A DNA stretch of 50,779 nucleotides from Nemertoderma westbladi (lineage: Eukaryota > Animalia > Xenacoelomorpha), in NCBI GenBank assembly GCA_032718475.1, contig JAUCBJ010003498.1:1-50779 (forward strand), in the 5' to 3' direction. Positions 24,465 to 36,864 of this stretch are shown here, one piece after another. The notes beneath the pieces were generated by a model that saw nothing but the letters and a program-made list of their open reading frames with translations, had not been told where the DNA came from and did no database searches. Both the position numbers and the translations under genes were made by a program. How positions within the stretch are numbered: position 1 is the first letter of the stretch; the number at the start of each line of letters is the position of its first letter.

Positions 24465-25541
24465 CCCGAAGGATAATTGAAGAGTTATCAAAAAAGAAAG
24501 ATAGGCATCTGGCTGTTATCTTTGTTGACTTCTTCAAGGCCTTTGATTCAGTCTCTCTCTCACGTATGTTCAGCATACTTTCATTATATGGGATTCCTGA
24601 TGAAATTATTGCAGCAATCAGATCAGTATACGATGGTTCGACAACATTTGTCTCTACTGTTGACGGTGACAGAGAACCATTTGAAGTGTAATGGGATGTC
24701 CTCCAGGGAGACACACTTGCACCATTCTTGTTCATAATTGTGGTTGACTATGTTCTACGCACGTCCTTAGATCATCATAATGATGATGGGGTGATGATAA
24801 CTCCACCTACTGGCTCCAGAAGTCGAGGAAATCCTGCCAAGTACCTAACTGATCTAGACTTTGCTGATGACTTAGGAGTACTCTCAGAATCACTAGAGGG
24901 AGCCCAACGGCTCCTCAGCTCATTAGAACATGCTGCTTCTAGTGTTGGTCTTTTTATGAACTCCAGAAAGACCAAAATTTTGACAGTTAACTTTGAAAGT
25001 CCTCAGCAAGTCTCTGATCGGATGAGCATAAGCTCAAAGGATGGTATGCTTGAGCATGTGGACGACTTCTGTTACCTGGGATCATGGATCCGGAAGTCAG
25101 ATGAGGGACCTTCGAATACGTAAGGGAAAGCATTGGGCAGCTTTGAATATATGCTTTGCAGAATTTGGAAGTCACCGAGAATTAATCGGAAACTTAAGGT
25201 CCGATTATTTAGAGCAGCAGTAGTTCCAGCATCTCTGGATGGCACATTCACAAGAATGCTACGCCGGGTACATTGTGTCAAGTACAATGCACACATCTCC
25301 AACCAGACACTATATAACATTGGAGGTGTCTCATTGGTTCCCCCAAGCTTGACACTAGAACAAAATCGCCTCCGCTTTGCAGGACATTGCTTTCACCGTG
25401 AGGACCAGCCAGTGCATAAACTTATACTTTGGCAGCCTCATGGACTGAATAAGCATGGTGGACAGCCCATGACTTTCTTGAGACGCATCTTAAAGGAAAC
25501 TGGCCTTGAAGAAGCGGGTGATCTAGCAAATGTCATGGGTG
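24465..25541 (+). mobile_element. 5'-truncated, degenerate RTE-type LINE interrupted by a hAT element (continues at 30746)
   Basis: RRIIEE, FVDFFKAFDSV, QGDTLAPFLF, LDFADD, DFCYLGS, RLRFAGH; stops and frameshifts present. Confidence 0.88.
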
Positions 25542-25713
25542 CAGGGTTGATAAAAATCATGATTTTTTTTAAAAATCTGATTTTTTTTATTTAAATCAGA
25601 TTTTATAGAATTATATTCCCTAAATGCCGTGGATTTTCAAAATTTTATTTTTATTCGAATTAACTTTGTAAAGATTGCTTTGAGTTCTCATTCGTATTGG
25701 TTCTATCATTTGT

Positions 25714-25990
25714 GCGCCTATCGGTCAAGTGGTTCAGTAGCTCAGGCAGAATACCTAAGGACTGTGGTAAATCTAAGGTTGAGAGTAGGCTGGAGCTAAG
25801 GTCGCCAGTAGCGTGGAGGTGAGGAAGGGAGTAGCTTGCTTAGGTGGATGGTAGGAAAAACCCGGCTTTCTATTGGCTGTTATAAATAGCTTACATAGTT
25901 TAAACTATATAGTAGTTCCCCTGGTTGAGGAGATGGGAAATCATGTACTGGGATAGGCTGCTAAGTTAACCCAACAAAACAACTAAACTT
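25714..25990 (+). mobile_element. Probable SINE
   Basis: A-box-like TCGGTCAAGTGG, GC-richer body, A/C-rich tail; B box not clear. Confidence 0.4.
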
Positions 25991-27050
25991 TTAATTAATT
26001 ATTGATTACAGGCAAGGATTTGGAAGGAATTTTTTAATTTCATCAAAGGTTTACGTTTAATTAAACGAGTATCAGTTAATCGTGTTATATTGACAAATAA
26101 ATTATCATATTACAAATATATTATCTAGTTTTCTATACTTATGAGTAAATAATAAACTTTCTATAATATGTCATGACTTCAAATGCATCCACGAATACCG
26201 TGTTTTGTTTGATAAGGGAATTAGCAAAGGAGACCTGCCATTTAGCGGAGGGGGGGGGGGGGTCATTTTTGGGGGTTTTAGAGCATGTAGTCGTAGGCCT
26301 AGGTTTTTGTACTACATGGTGTTGATCGTGTGGGTGGACCACCGAACAGTTGCGAATTTTAGACTAAAATAGACAATTGTTTAAAATTTATTGTTTATTT
26401 GGTAATCCGATACTCACATTGCACATATAGAGTAAGATATACAAATACAGTATTGTATAATTGCAATATTAAAAGTTAAGTTACAATAATACTTTGGACA
26501 ATGGTGTGGCTAGTATTATAGCCCAATGTATTGTCTGGGAGTGCCGGGCAGGTAGGTATGTAGTGTAGGTAGGTAGGTAGGTAGGTGTGCAGTGCTTGCA
26601 AAAAAAAAGGGGGGGGGGATATTACTATTATGTGAATTGTGAGGTGTGAGATTGTTACTGTTGTTGTTGATAGGGAAATAATTAATTATCCTAAGTTAAT
26701 CTCCAGCGCAATCAATTGTTTCACTGGAGTTCCGATGCTGATCCAGGTATATAAAACTAAACTAATGAGTCGAGTTAGGAAATACATAAAATATAAAGTA
26801 TTGGATGGAAAAGGTTATGGAAAATTGGTAAAATCTATGTTTTATTGATTGTTTACAGTGTACTTTAATTTAATATTTTAGAAGGTGACCTATTTCGAAA
26901 AGGGTACTATATTTTAGATTTTTTATGTTTTACGTCAGCAAAGGAATCAGAGTTCCATATCGTTGGCCCTGAAAAATAATTATTAGTGTTTGGAAATTAT
27001 TGGAAAACTAATGTATCTTTGAGATGAGCAATGCGCATATCCTTGCCTTA

Positions 27051-27433
27051 AGGCCTGTTTACGCGTGGCAACTTTTAGAGCAACTTTCTCGGCAACTTTT
27101 AGAGCAAACCAGGTTGCCGATCAAGTTGCTCCGTGTAAACACGTAAGTTGCTGAAAAAAAATGCCGTAAAATTTGCTCAACTTTTACGGCAACTTGAAGG
27201 AATTTGCGTTGGGGAATTAAAGCGGGATAATCAGATGTAATTATCAAAAACTAGCTAGTAGATAAAATGACCCACTATTTTACAGTTAAACTCGCCAAGT
27301 TGCTCTAAAAGTTGCCGGCCAAGTTGCTGGTAAAGTTGCCACGTGTAAACAGCGATTAAATTAAGTTGCTCCAAAAAAAGTTGCTAGTTTGCCGAGAAAG
27401 TTGATCTAAAAGTTTCCACGTGTAAACAGACCT
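27051..27433. mobile_element. PIF/Harbinger (Tourist-like) MITE
   Basis: ~45-bp TIRs AGGCCTGTTTACGCGTGGCAACTTTTAG... / ...CTAAAAGTTTCCACGTGTAAACAGACCT; TTA TSD; internal GCAACT/AGTTGC repeats. Confidence 0.88.
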
Positions 27434-27734
27434 TTAGGGGTCGAATAGCCTACGTTGATAGTTAGACGTAAAGGATAATATATTATTTGTTGAATAAGTT
27501 AAATTTGTATAAGTTACTGTATAATGTACAATGCTCTATATGTATATTACATGTTCTCATACTGTATAATATTAATATTGATGTTTCAATATTTACAAAG
27601 TATAATAATTCTAATAAAAATATGTATGGTAGAAAAATACATTATTGCGTTTTTCCTTTCTCTCTGCGTTTTTCCTCCCTCTCTGGTCATTTTTCCGCGT
27701 AATTCTTTTCCCCCCTTGTTTACAGTCTGTTTTG

Positions 27735-29100
27735 CCCCAGCCCTAGCTCAGTCGGTAGAGCGTTGGAAATTATATGCGTAGTAGGTATTGAGTTCGAATC
27801 CTAGTAAGTGCGAATTATTTTTTGTGCAGAATTTCAACTCATTTAAATTAACCGCTACAAATTAATTGCATTTGTCTGTACCAATGAGACTGTAGTTATT
27901 TGATTGTAACCAATGTCGTGCAAGTTATATATTAGCTGGACCAATAGCTATCTTTAAAACCCTGTTAGAACCAACCCATAGAACAATCGATAATTTTCTC
28001 GATTGATTGCGGCACAAATTTAGTATATAAAGGTGCGATTTGTTCATTAGTTATCTACTTCAATCACAATCTATTATATCAATATTCACATCTATTCTGT
28101 CGTGCTTAGTTTATTTCAGATTACATTGTACATATTATTATAATCTTTTGTAATAAAAGTTAGAAATACTTGTCAATCTCAGCCCTTTTCTATCTGTTTT
28201 ACCATGGATTCACTACGGTGAACAAACTTAGGGACAGGATGGCCGGCTAGAGATCGGGCCGCAGCAATGAACGGGAACATCACGGGAATGTAGACGAGAG
28301 ACAACCCGCAATACCATCTAGAGTTATTCGCCCATCGCCTGAAAGGTTAGACAGCGTTCGACGCCTTGCTACCTAAGTATAAGACCAAAAGATCAAAAGG
28401 TAGACGTAGTGACACGCTGTAAGCCTAAAATTACATCTAAGGGACTGTACTGTCTTGATTCAGGAAAAACCGCAGTAGACCTTCATATTCCTACGGGGGG
28501 GGAGAGCGCAGGCAGATACTAGTACGCAGATAGGACGTAGGCACACCGGTACGAAGCATACAAATTGGTAGGGTGCAGCAACTGTACGCCTAACTCTTGC
28601 TAAGTACAGGTGTGTGTGCGACTATTTGTAGTACGACAGTGTCCATTGCATTAGAACTTGTAGGCTAGGGGGGTTGCTGTGTTTTCACCTGAATTGGGAT
28701 TGTACCGTTCAGGCGGTAGGGCAGTTTACACTAGGCGCAAATAAATTGAGGCTATCAGGGATATACTAACATCTACCGTGTCCCCGCCAACGCCCTAATA
28801 GGAAGTTACCCGGACTACCTGGGTGACTAAAATTCTAGATAGGAGCCAGGATAGCTATTAGTAACTGTACGCCTACAGTAGTAAACTAACACATCTCTTC
28901 TTAGTATCAGGGACCTGGTACCTAAAATTGCCGAATTCTGGGCGTAGCATTAACCCTATGCCTGAATTTGAGTCCTGGAAATACGCAAGAGGGGAAGGAA
29001 CCTTATCATTCGTGAGTATTGGACCTACAAGTTATAAAATTAGAATATTCGTAAAATGCACACCGTACCCAGTAATTATATATGTGAAGGAGCAAAACTG
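27735..29100 (+). other. Unclassified element, copy 2: tRNA-like head, 3x CCAAT, TATA and a non-coding body
   Basis: A box TAGCTCAGTCGG at 27744, B box GAGTTCGAATCC ~27790, T-run, CCAAT at 27881, 27910, 27941, TATATAAA at 28024 followed by ggtgcgatttg, similar to copy 1. Confidence 0.55.
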
Positions 29101-29559
29101 CTTTTGACCGTTCAGAATTAACACACGCGCGTTAGAAATTATTTACACCTCAAAATATATAAAATTAACTTTCGTCCTTACTGCACTTTGCTCGCTAGTT
29201 AGACATCTCCAAATATCTGCCTCTGTACCTAGCTAGCGTCCCTTTCGCCCAACCATATAAATCACACCGCGGCAAAGTATACGAGCCCCTTAGTCCGTCA
29301 GTGAGTCAGCCTGATTTTAGGATTCGCTGCGCGGGATTTTGTTTTATCGAAGTTTGTCTGCTCGTAGACTGTTTTATGCCTCACCGGTTATAAGAGATCG
29401 ATACTGCAATATATTCGCTTACTTAGAGTTTACTGTTTTGGTGAGAAGGTCGGATTTACGATTTGATTCACAAACTTTACAGTAGGATATTGCAGGTATT
29501 GTTACCGTCTCTTCGCATAGATTTATTTGAGTTAAATCAGATTTTTTTTCATTTAAATC

Positions 29560-29936
29560 GCGTGACTAAAAAGCAAAGACCCAAATAACAAAGACCTGTA
29601 TGAAACACATGTGTTAACTTTCGTTTATTGTTTTGGTTCCCCAAACACGCCTCTGTAACCTGCTCCTTTACAAACCTGCTCCTGTAAATGGCAATGGGAC
29701 CTAACGCTATATGGCAATGGGACCTAATCGCCTTTAGGACGTAACGCGACTTTATATCTTTGTTTTGTACAGGTGCCAAAGAGCGTTAGGTTACATTGCA
29801 TTTAAAGGAACAGGTTAGTAAAGGAGCATGTTGCAGAGGCTTGTTGAGGGAACCAAACAATAAACGAAAGTTAACACATGTTTCAAAGATTATGCAGGTT
29901 ACTCAGGTTATTTAGGTCTTTGTTTTGTAGTCACCC
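29560..29936. mobile_element. Mutator-like (foldback) MITE
   Basis: Long imperfect inverted arms (G.GTGACTA.AAA.CAAAGACC.AAATAAC...); 9-bp TSD ATTTAAATC / ATTTAAGTC. Confidence 0.8.
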
Positions 29937-30068
29937 ATTTAAGTCACTTTTTTCTTATTTAAATCAGATTTTTTTATTTAAATCAGATTTTTTTATTTAA
30001 ATCGGATTTTATATTTAAACAATCGGAAGACTTCTGGCTTCATCAATGCACTAATGTTTAAAAAAAAA

Positions 30069-30432
30069 CCGAAAAACCGGGATCCCAGCGAATTATCGAA
30101 TTCCGATTCCGACTTTTTTGAAACGGGATCCCGAAGTTTAAATGGTTAAATAAATTTGTTGAACATCTAAAAAAAAGTTCCAGCACAACGGAAATGTTTT
30201 GATTATATCTAATTTTTATTTCAGATTTTTATTTCAATTATAAGATAATTTTAATATAACTTTATCTTACTAATATTTCAGAAGTGTAAAATAAAGTGAG
30301 TGTTACTGAAAACCTGCCTCATATACTATTAACTTTGATGAATTTAATCCAAAATTGCAATACCGATCCCGTAAAACGGGATCTCGAGAGGAATAATCCC
30401 GATCCCGGAAATCCCGAAAAGTCTGAATTCGA
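30069..30432. mobile_element. Degraded MITE-like remnant with CGGGATCCCG subterminal motifs
   Basis: Clusters of cgggatcccg / aatcccg at both ends of an AT-rich core; no clear TIR or TSD. Confidence 0.4.
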
Positions 30433-30745
30433 ATATAAACTAAATAAACAACAAACTGAATAGAATTCTAAAGTACAACTTAATTAATGGGCCTGTGAAT
30501 ACTGTATGGTATTGGAAATACGAGATGATACTGTATTTTCATGTAAATATTTAGGTAATTTGAATCATTTATTAATAATCAGTAATGCAATGTTTATCCT
30601 GGCCTTTAAAGCATGATTGATAAAATTCATGATTTTAAAAAAATCAAAACTATCTGATTTTTTTTTATTTTTTATGTGATTTAAATCATGATTTAAATCA
30701 ATGATTTAAATCAAATGATTTAATTCAAACAACCCTGCATGGGTG

Positions 30746-30831
30746 ATAGGGAGTTGTGGCGGCGCAATTTTGTCGACAAGCCGTCACAGCATTTTTAAAA
30801 ATGCAGCTGCAATGCAGCATGCCGATCCTAG
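30746..30831 (+). mobile_element. 3' terminus of the RTE-type LINE split by the hAT element
   Basis: atagggagttgtgg...aatgcagctgcaatgcagcatgccgatcctag matches 37435..37520. Confidence 0.9.
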
Positions 30832-31547
30832 CTAGTTGGCATTTGGGATACCTGATTTTTCATTTATCAGAAAACCTTGTCAAAGATTACAGTAGTGACG
30901 ATATGAAACTTGGTTTTGAAAATTTCAGATCAGTTTATAGGTCTATTTATTGCAAGGGAATGTTATATTAAATTTGGTAATGGATCATCATTTTACAGTA
31001 ACGGATTCAAAACAAAACTTGGGAAAAAGACTCCTGGGAAAATTCTAAGAGATACAAAATATCAAAATTGCCGTAGCTCCTATATAATAATTCAAGGCTA
31101 TTCATTTGAATCAGTGCAATGAGATGAGTCCTATTTCAGTTAATGATGCAACTAATGCTTCATATTTTTCATCAAAATTATTATTATACAGTATATCTTG
31201 TGTTTTATCAGTGTCCACGATATATTAGTTAGGTGCGGCTCCAATTCTAGGACTGTGTTAATTTATTTTCCCCCGGCACTCAAAATTTCTAAAATGATCG
31301 CATAATTAACATTTTTATATTTAATTTCTCCCACGCGGATAGAATTCACTCAAGGGAATTATTTATGTGGGTTTAAGTTACTCTGAGCAGCCTATCATTA
31401 TAGTGAATTTTAATTGTTTTGAATTTTAACAATTGTTAATTATTAATCTGACGCATATTATATTTATTGTTTCACTAACTAATTTCACCAATTTACAACC
31501 CAAATTAAATTTGCCACAGTTTGAGTTTGTGTTTTATGTATTTTATT

Positions 31548-31925
31548 ATATCTCAACAATAGACGAAACGAGGACATATTCTAATAACGATTGTCTATCT
31601 ATGTGTAAGTTTTCCATTTCACCATTCTTATTCGTTTCAGTCTGGGAATAAATTTCGGTTTGCCTATGTTTCATTAGACTAGTTGTCAATGTCCAGGTAA
31701 GAAACCATTAGGTTTCCATGACAATACAAAATTATCGGGTTAGGACTTTGTATAAAGTACTTTCAAAAGAAAGTATAAGTTAGGACTTTAGCGCTCCCGG
31801 AGTTTATGCAAACGGTTTTATTTTTGTGTTCGATGTGAAATTGGTTATTTGCGAAACTGAGGGGTATTCGCAATCAATATTTTCGGTCTTACAATCATTT
31901 AGCACTTAGTACAAATTGAATATAA
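31548..31925. repeat. Diverged direct repeat, copy 1
   Basis: Colinear with 32764..33178 (tatctcaacaat, tgtccaggtaagaaaccatta, ttatcgggttaggactttgtata, atcatttagcactt). Confidence 0.85.
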
Positions 31926-32763
31926 GTGTGATTGACTAACCAACGAAAATTAAAATAACACGAGAGAAAGTAAAAATAATTATTGATAATAGGTAAAAAA
32001 ATTAAAATATAGCAGACAATATAGTCAGAAAAACCGACGTAATAATTTATGTAAAGGAACTTTCATATTTTACCGATTTATAACTGATGTTACACGAATA
32101 ATGATTGAATTGTATTATTTTTTCCTGCAAATATTGTAAATTGATAAAAGTGAAACTATAACTATTTTACATGATTGTTTGAAAGGTTTCACATAAGCAG
32201 TATTTATGTACCGAGCGAGGGTGGCGAGGAATGTTTCCATAAATATACAAGGGTCCTTCATTCATAAACGTTGACAGTGCCCTTTTCACAAAATGGTGCC
32301 ATTTTGTTAAATTATGTCAATTTTGAGGGCGTTCTGAATGCTTAATTATTAGCGTTAATATTGTAATGTTTAGGAATATTAATGAAATTCATATCCTTTT
32401 TATGCAATTAATTGCAGTTGGTACATCAACTAAACTTACACTTCGCCTACAATCAATGGTTATCAGTAATGGGAAATACTATCAATATTTGTTATAGAAG
32501 TTTATTGTTACTAAGTTGGTGATTATTACTTAGATGCGTTACGAGGATATCACCACATCGAGAAGTTGTTAATTTTCATAAAAACAGCGCACGTTTAGGT
32601 ACGCCTATAATGCACTAATTATTGCAATTTACCTGCTATAAAAGAAAAGGCAACTTTGTGGAATAAAATTACGCATTACTCTACATAAAAACAAATAGAG
32701 TTTTCTCTTTAACCATAAAATTGTTTCACTAATATTTTCACAAATTTAGAACCTCAATTTGGG

Positions 32764-33178
32764 GTATCTCAACAATTAGACCGGATGAATTTTGAAATAA
32801 CGATTGTCAATATATCTAGGTATTTCCATTTCACGGCAATCACTCACTACATAATAATAATATGTCGCCTGTGCAATAAATTGAAATACATTGTATGGAT
32901 GTCCAGGTAAGAAACCATTACGTTTCCATGACAATACACAGTTATCGGGTTAGGACTTTGTATAGAGTACTTTCAAAGACTATCTAAAAGTAATAAGTTA
33001 AGACTTTAGCGCCCCCGCAGTTTGTGCAAAACGCTTTTATTATTAGGTTATACGTGTACAATTGGCTATTCGCGAAACGGAGGGGTATTCGCAATTAACA
33101 TTCAGCGAGTTAGCGTATTAGTGTATTTGCGGTCTTATAATCATTTAGCACTTGGTAGTTGGTACAAATGGAATGTAA
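32764..33178. repeat. Diverged direct repeat, copy 2
   Basis: See copy 1; offset ~1.2 kb. Confidence 0.85.
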
Positions 33179-33477
33179 GTGTAAGAAGTGCGTTTGTAAG
33201 TTAGCATTATGGCCATTCCATACTCTTGAGTGTTTAAGTGTGTTTGAAAAGTACCAGTTCCCATAATGCCGCTAAGGGGGGCCAAGTTTTTCATACACAT
33301 GACACACTGGACTGCAAAAGTGGTAAAATGCTAACTTGTGGGAAATGGTCTAAAAAACGTTTTGACAAAGTTTCAGATTGCAAGGACCACGAGTTAGCAC
33401 TTTGAGTTAGCACTTTGGAAAAGTTAGCACAATAGCGGAAAAAGAGCTTGCAAAGTTAGCCCTTTGGTATATTTGCC

Positions 33478-33478
<1 letters not shown>

Positions 33479-33554
<76 letters not shown>
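33479..33554. repeat. (AC)38 microsatellite
   Basis: Directly visible. Confidence 0.97.
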
Positions 33555-33556
<2 letters not shown>

Positions 33557-33683
33557 CTACCCGCATAATAGTATTTATCTTAACTTAATATTTGCACAAG
33601 TAGAGATATACTTGCCTTAACATTTTAGCATCTCAGTTTTATCCTGCAAAGGTATCTTACACATCACACACTGTTCATTTTCG

Positions 33684-33702
33684 GTCCACCAGAGGGCGAC
33701 TA
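33684..33702 (+). promoter_or_regulatory. CTCF-like motif
   Basis: GTCCACCAGAGGGCGACTA resembles the CTCF core CCACCAGRGGGCG. Confidence 0.35.
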
Positions 33703-33976
33703 CGTGTTGCTACACTTAACATTTTAGTCAGAGCAGTACTTATCTTCACTTTCACTCTTTATTCTACGAAACGGCCTTACACATCACATTAATATCCATG
33801 AGTCTACACTTAACATAGTATCAACACTTAACATGGCAACAACACTTAGCAATTGCCGCCTTACACATCACATTGAATATCCATGAGTCTACACTTAAAT
33901 ATACTGTCAACTACTTTAGAGAATAATATGCATCATACTACTTTAGAGAATATAACCTGATTTAATTTACAGTATA

Positions 33977-34130
33977 ACATGTGGGGCAAGCCATTAAGTA
34001 ATGTGATTCGATAGCGTAGGGGTACCATTAATCAACCTGTCGGTCTGTCGTTCTGTTGAACTGTCGTGGCCAATATTTGAACATTGAACATGAAGAAGTT
34101 TTTTAAATTTCCAATTTGTGTGTGGCTTTC
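33977..34130 (-). mobile_element. Second copy of the short Helitron-like family seen at 22860..23100
   Basis: Reverse complement reads caacagaacgacag...tggtacc...gccccacatgt, with the same terminus. Confidence 0.5.
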
Positions 34131-34529
34131 AAGAAGCTAAGATAAAAGCAGCTAATTAGATAATGAAGTTGATTGCGGTAAAAAAAAAGAAGCTTTTTTC
34201 TGCAGCCCTTTAATGGTAATTAATTATTTTCTATTACAAGATTTAAATAATTATACTTAAAAATTATACAGTTGTAATCCCCGTACGCCATTACATTATA
34301 GTTTTAATTAGTTCAAGAGAATTGCTTTAAGAAATGTGTTTTTAATTAAGAATGCACAGTAACTGTACCATTGAAATTAATAATAAATAATAAATATTAT
34401 TTATTATAAATATTAAATAATAAATATTATTACATAAATCTTACCAATATATTAAACCATGTCCTGGAATATAGTATCGTAATTCGACGCCCCCCCCCCC
34501 CCCCCCCCACCCCACCCCCGATATTTAGC

Positions 34530-36665
34530 CTACCTCTAGTAAAGGTTAGTTACTGTTATAGTAGGTTGTGTTTACAACTAGAATGTGTCTGTGCTACATT
34601 TCAATATTATAAATTCACAAGCAAATACATTTTACACAACTAATAGTTAATGGTAGTTGTATTAACAATCACGATATTTACCTCTAGTAGAGGTTAGTTG
34701 TGTTTACAACTAGAATGTGTCTGTGATACCTTTCATTGGAGATCACAAATTGCAATATATGATAAATTGACAAGCAAATACATTTTACACAACTAATAGT
34801 TAATGGTAGTTGTATTAACAATCACGATATTTACTTCTAGTAGAGGTTAGTTGTGTTTACAACTAGAATGTGTCTGTGATACCTTTCATTGGAGATCAAA
34901 AATTGCAATATATGATAAATTGACAAGCAAATACATTTTACACAACTAATAGTTAATGGTAGTTGTATTAACCCTATTAAACCCGGGGGGGGGGGTCAAT
35001 ATGACCCCCCCCGTGGTTTTTTTATTATAATTCTGAAACAAACGCAGTTGCGAATCTGAAATTTTATGACTTTTCCTAAAAATCTATTGTCTTCATAGTA
35101 GTGAAAACCGTTTTCAAAAATATTGGGTAGTTTTCGAGTTATAGCACCATTTTTTAACCCTACTTTTGGCCCTTTTTTTGAGACGTTTTTTGAAAATTAC
35201 ATTTCAGTAAATATGAATTGTAACATCTCTATTTTTGATTTACACCGGTTTTTTGGTGTTAGAAATTGGATGGAATTCATATAAATTGATTTAGAAATTT
35301 CAAACTTGTTTTTTTCGGCGGGTGCTAATTTTTGGTGCCAGCACCAAATTTTGAAATATGTCAATTTTGTAAATTGATTGTGTGAAACTTGTTTTTTACG
35401 CAATTGGGGTTTTTTGGGGTTCTGGTTTCGATGAAATATATACGAGTTGCACCAAGCGTATCAAAATTGTATTTTTCAGTGTTGGGTGCAAATTTTGGTG
35501 CTAGCACGAAATTTTGAAAATCCATTCAATTGATAAAATTGTTTGTGACAATTTATTTCTTGCGTTTTAGAGGTTTATGGCTATTCTGAATTGAATGGAA
35601 TATATAATTTTCGAACTAGGCATCTCAAACTTGTATTTTTTGGAAGTGGGTGCAAAATGTGGTGCTAGCACCAAATTTTGAAAACCATCAAATATATAAA
35701 TTGATTGTGTCACCTTGTTTCTTGCGTTATACGGGTTTGTGAGGGTTCTGAATTCAATGGAATCAGTAAAAATTTCATAAGAGTTTTCAAACTTGTATTT
35801 TTCGCCGGTTGGTGAAAATTGTTGTGCCAGCACCAAATTTTGGAAAATAAGCAAATTGATCAGTAGATAGTATCATCTTGTTTCTTACGTTATACGGGTT
35901 TATGAGGATCCTGAATCCGATGGAATCAATAAAAACAGCACTGGACATCGCAAACTTGTACTTTTTGGTGATGGGTACGAAATTTGGTCCTAGCACCAAA
36001 ATTTGCCAAATTACGCCGAAAAATACAAGTAGCAATGATGGGGCATTTTCGAAATGCATTCCATTAGAATCAGCGCCCTAGAAAACCTGAAAATGTGAAT
36101 TTATAGCATCGTATAAGTGAATTAAAAATTTTGTGATCTAACTGAAAAGTGCTGGTTACTTGTTTTTTTCATTTTTTTCCTACGCAGATAGGACTAAACA
36201 GCCATTTATAGTAATCATATCATTTTTAAATATTTTCCAATGTATTTTGCGCCCCAGAAAACCTGTATTGAAAAACAATTACACGAAAAATTTAACTTTC
36301 AAATTTTCTGAAAATTGTGCACTACTTGTAATTTTGGTGCTGCAATATAACCACCCCAGTACATTTTTTCGAAAATTTTTTTTTTCGGTCGGATCCTGAC
36401 TAGTGATACCTACGTACAAACAAAAAATCAGACGTTTTCGTAAAAATTTGTAGATTTTAGAGGGGGGGGGGTCAATATGACCCCCTCCCGGTATTTGTAC
36501 AACATTTTATAGCCCGGTACTAATAGGGTTAACAATCACGATATTTACCTCTAGTAGAGGTTAGTTGTGTTTACAACTAGAATGTGTCTGTGATACCTTT
36601 CATTGGAGATCAAAAATTGCAATATATGATAAATTGACAAGCAAATACCCAAACACAACTAGTAC
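34530..36665. repeat. 153-bp tandem repeat (~3.5-4 units) interrupted by a piggyBac-like element
   Basis: attaac at 34661, 34814, 34967; the unit resumes at 36529. Confidence 0.92.
34972..36528. mobile_element. Non-autonomous piggyBac-type element with internal ~163-bp tandem repeats
   Basis: TTAA TSD; CCCTATTA...TAATAGGG termini; palindromic GGGGGTCAATATGACCCCC at both subtermini; empty site gtattaacaatc in neighbouring repeat units; five GGTGC.AGCACC-type units. Confidence 0.92.
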
Positions 36666-36864
36666 TTAATAGTAGTTGGATTCACAGTCAATCACAGTTA
36701 TTCCTTACAACTCGCTGCAGAATATAGTTTTTAAACAGGAGCTAATAAACCAACAGGTTGATGTCACTTTATAGAACTGTAGATATCCTCTAGTAGTGAG
36801 TGTAGCTGTAGATGTTCAACCAGTTGTGCTTGTGATTTAGCCGAAGATGTTCAACCAGTAGTAA

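Larger units (their letters stand above)
25542..30737. mobile_element. Non-autonomous hAT-type element carrying nested insertions
   Basis: TIR CAGGGTTG...CAACCCTG; perfect 8-bp TSD CATGGGTG (25534..25541, 30738..30745); subterminal ATTTAAATC repeats; the empty site is visible in the RTE copy at ~37427. Confidence 0.92.

Noticed and set aside
28200-29100. Protein coding with stop-codon reassignment in the unclassified cassette
   Set aside because: Alignment to copy 1 shows frame-breaking indels and no conserved peptide in the frames I tried.
35197-36399. Short ORFs as a piggyBac transposase
   Set aside because: They are translations of internal tandem repeats, with no DDD catalytic or Cys-rich motifs.
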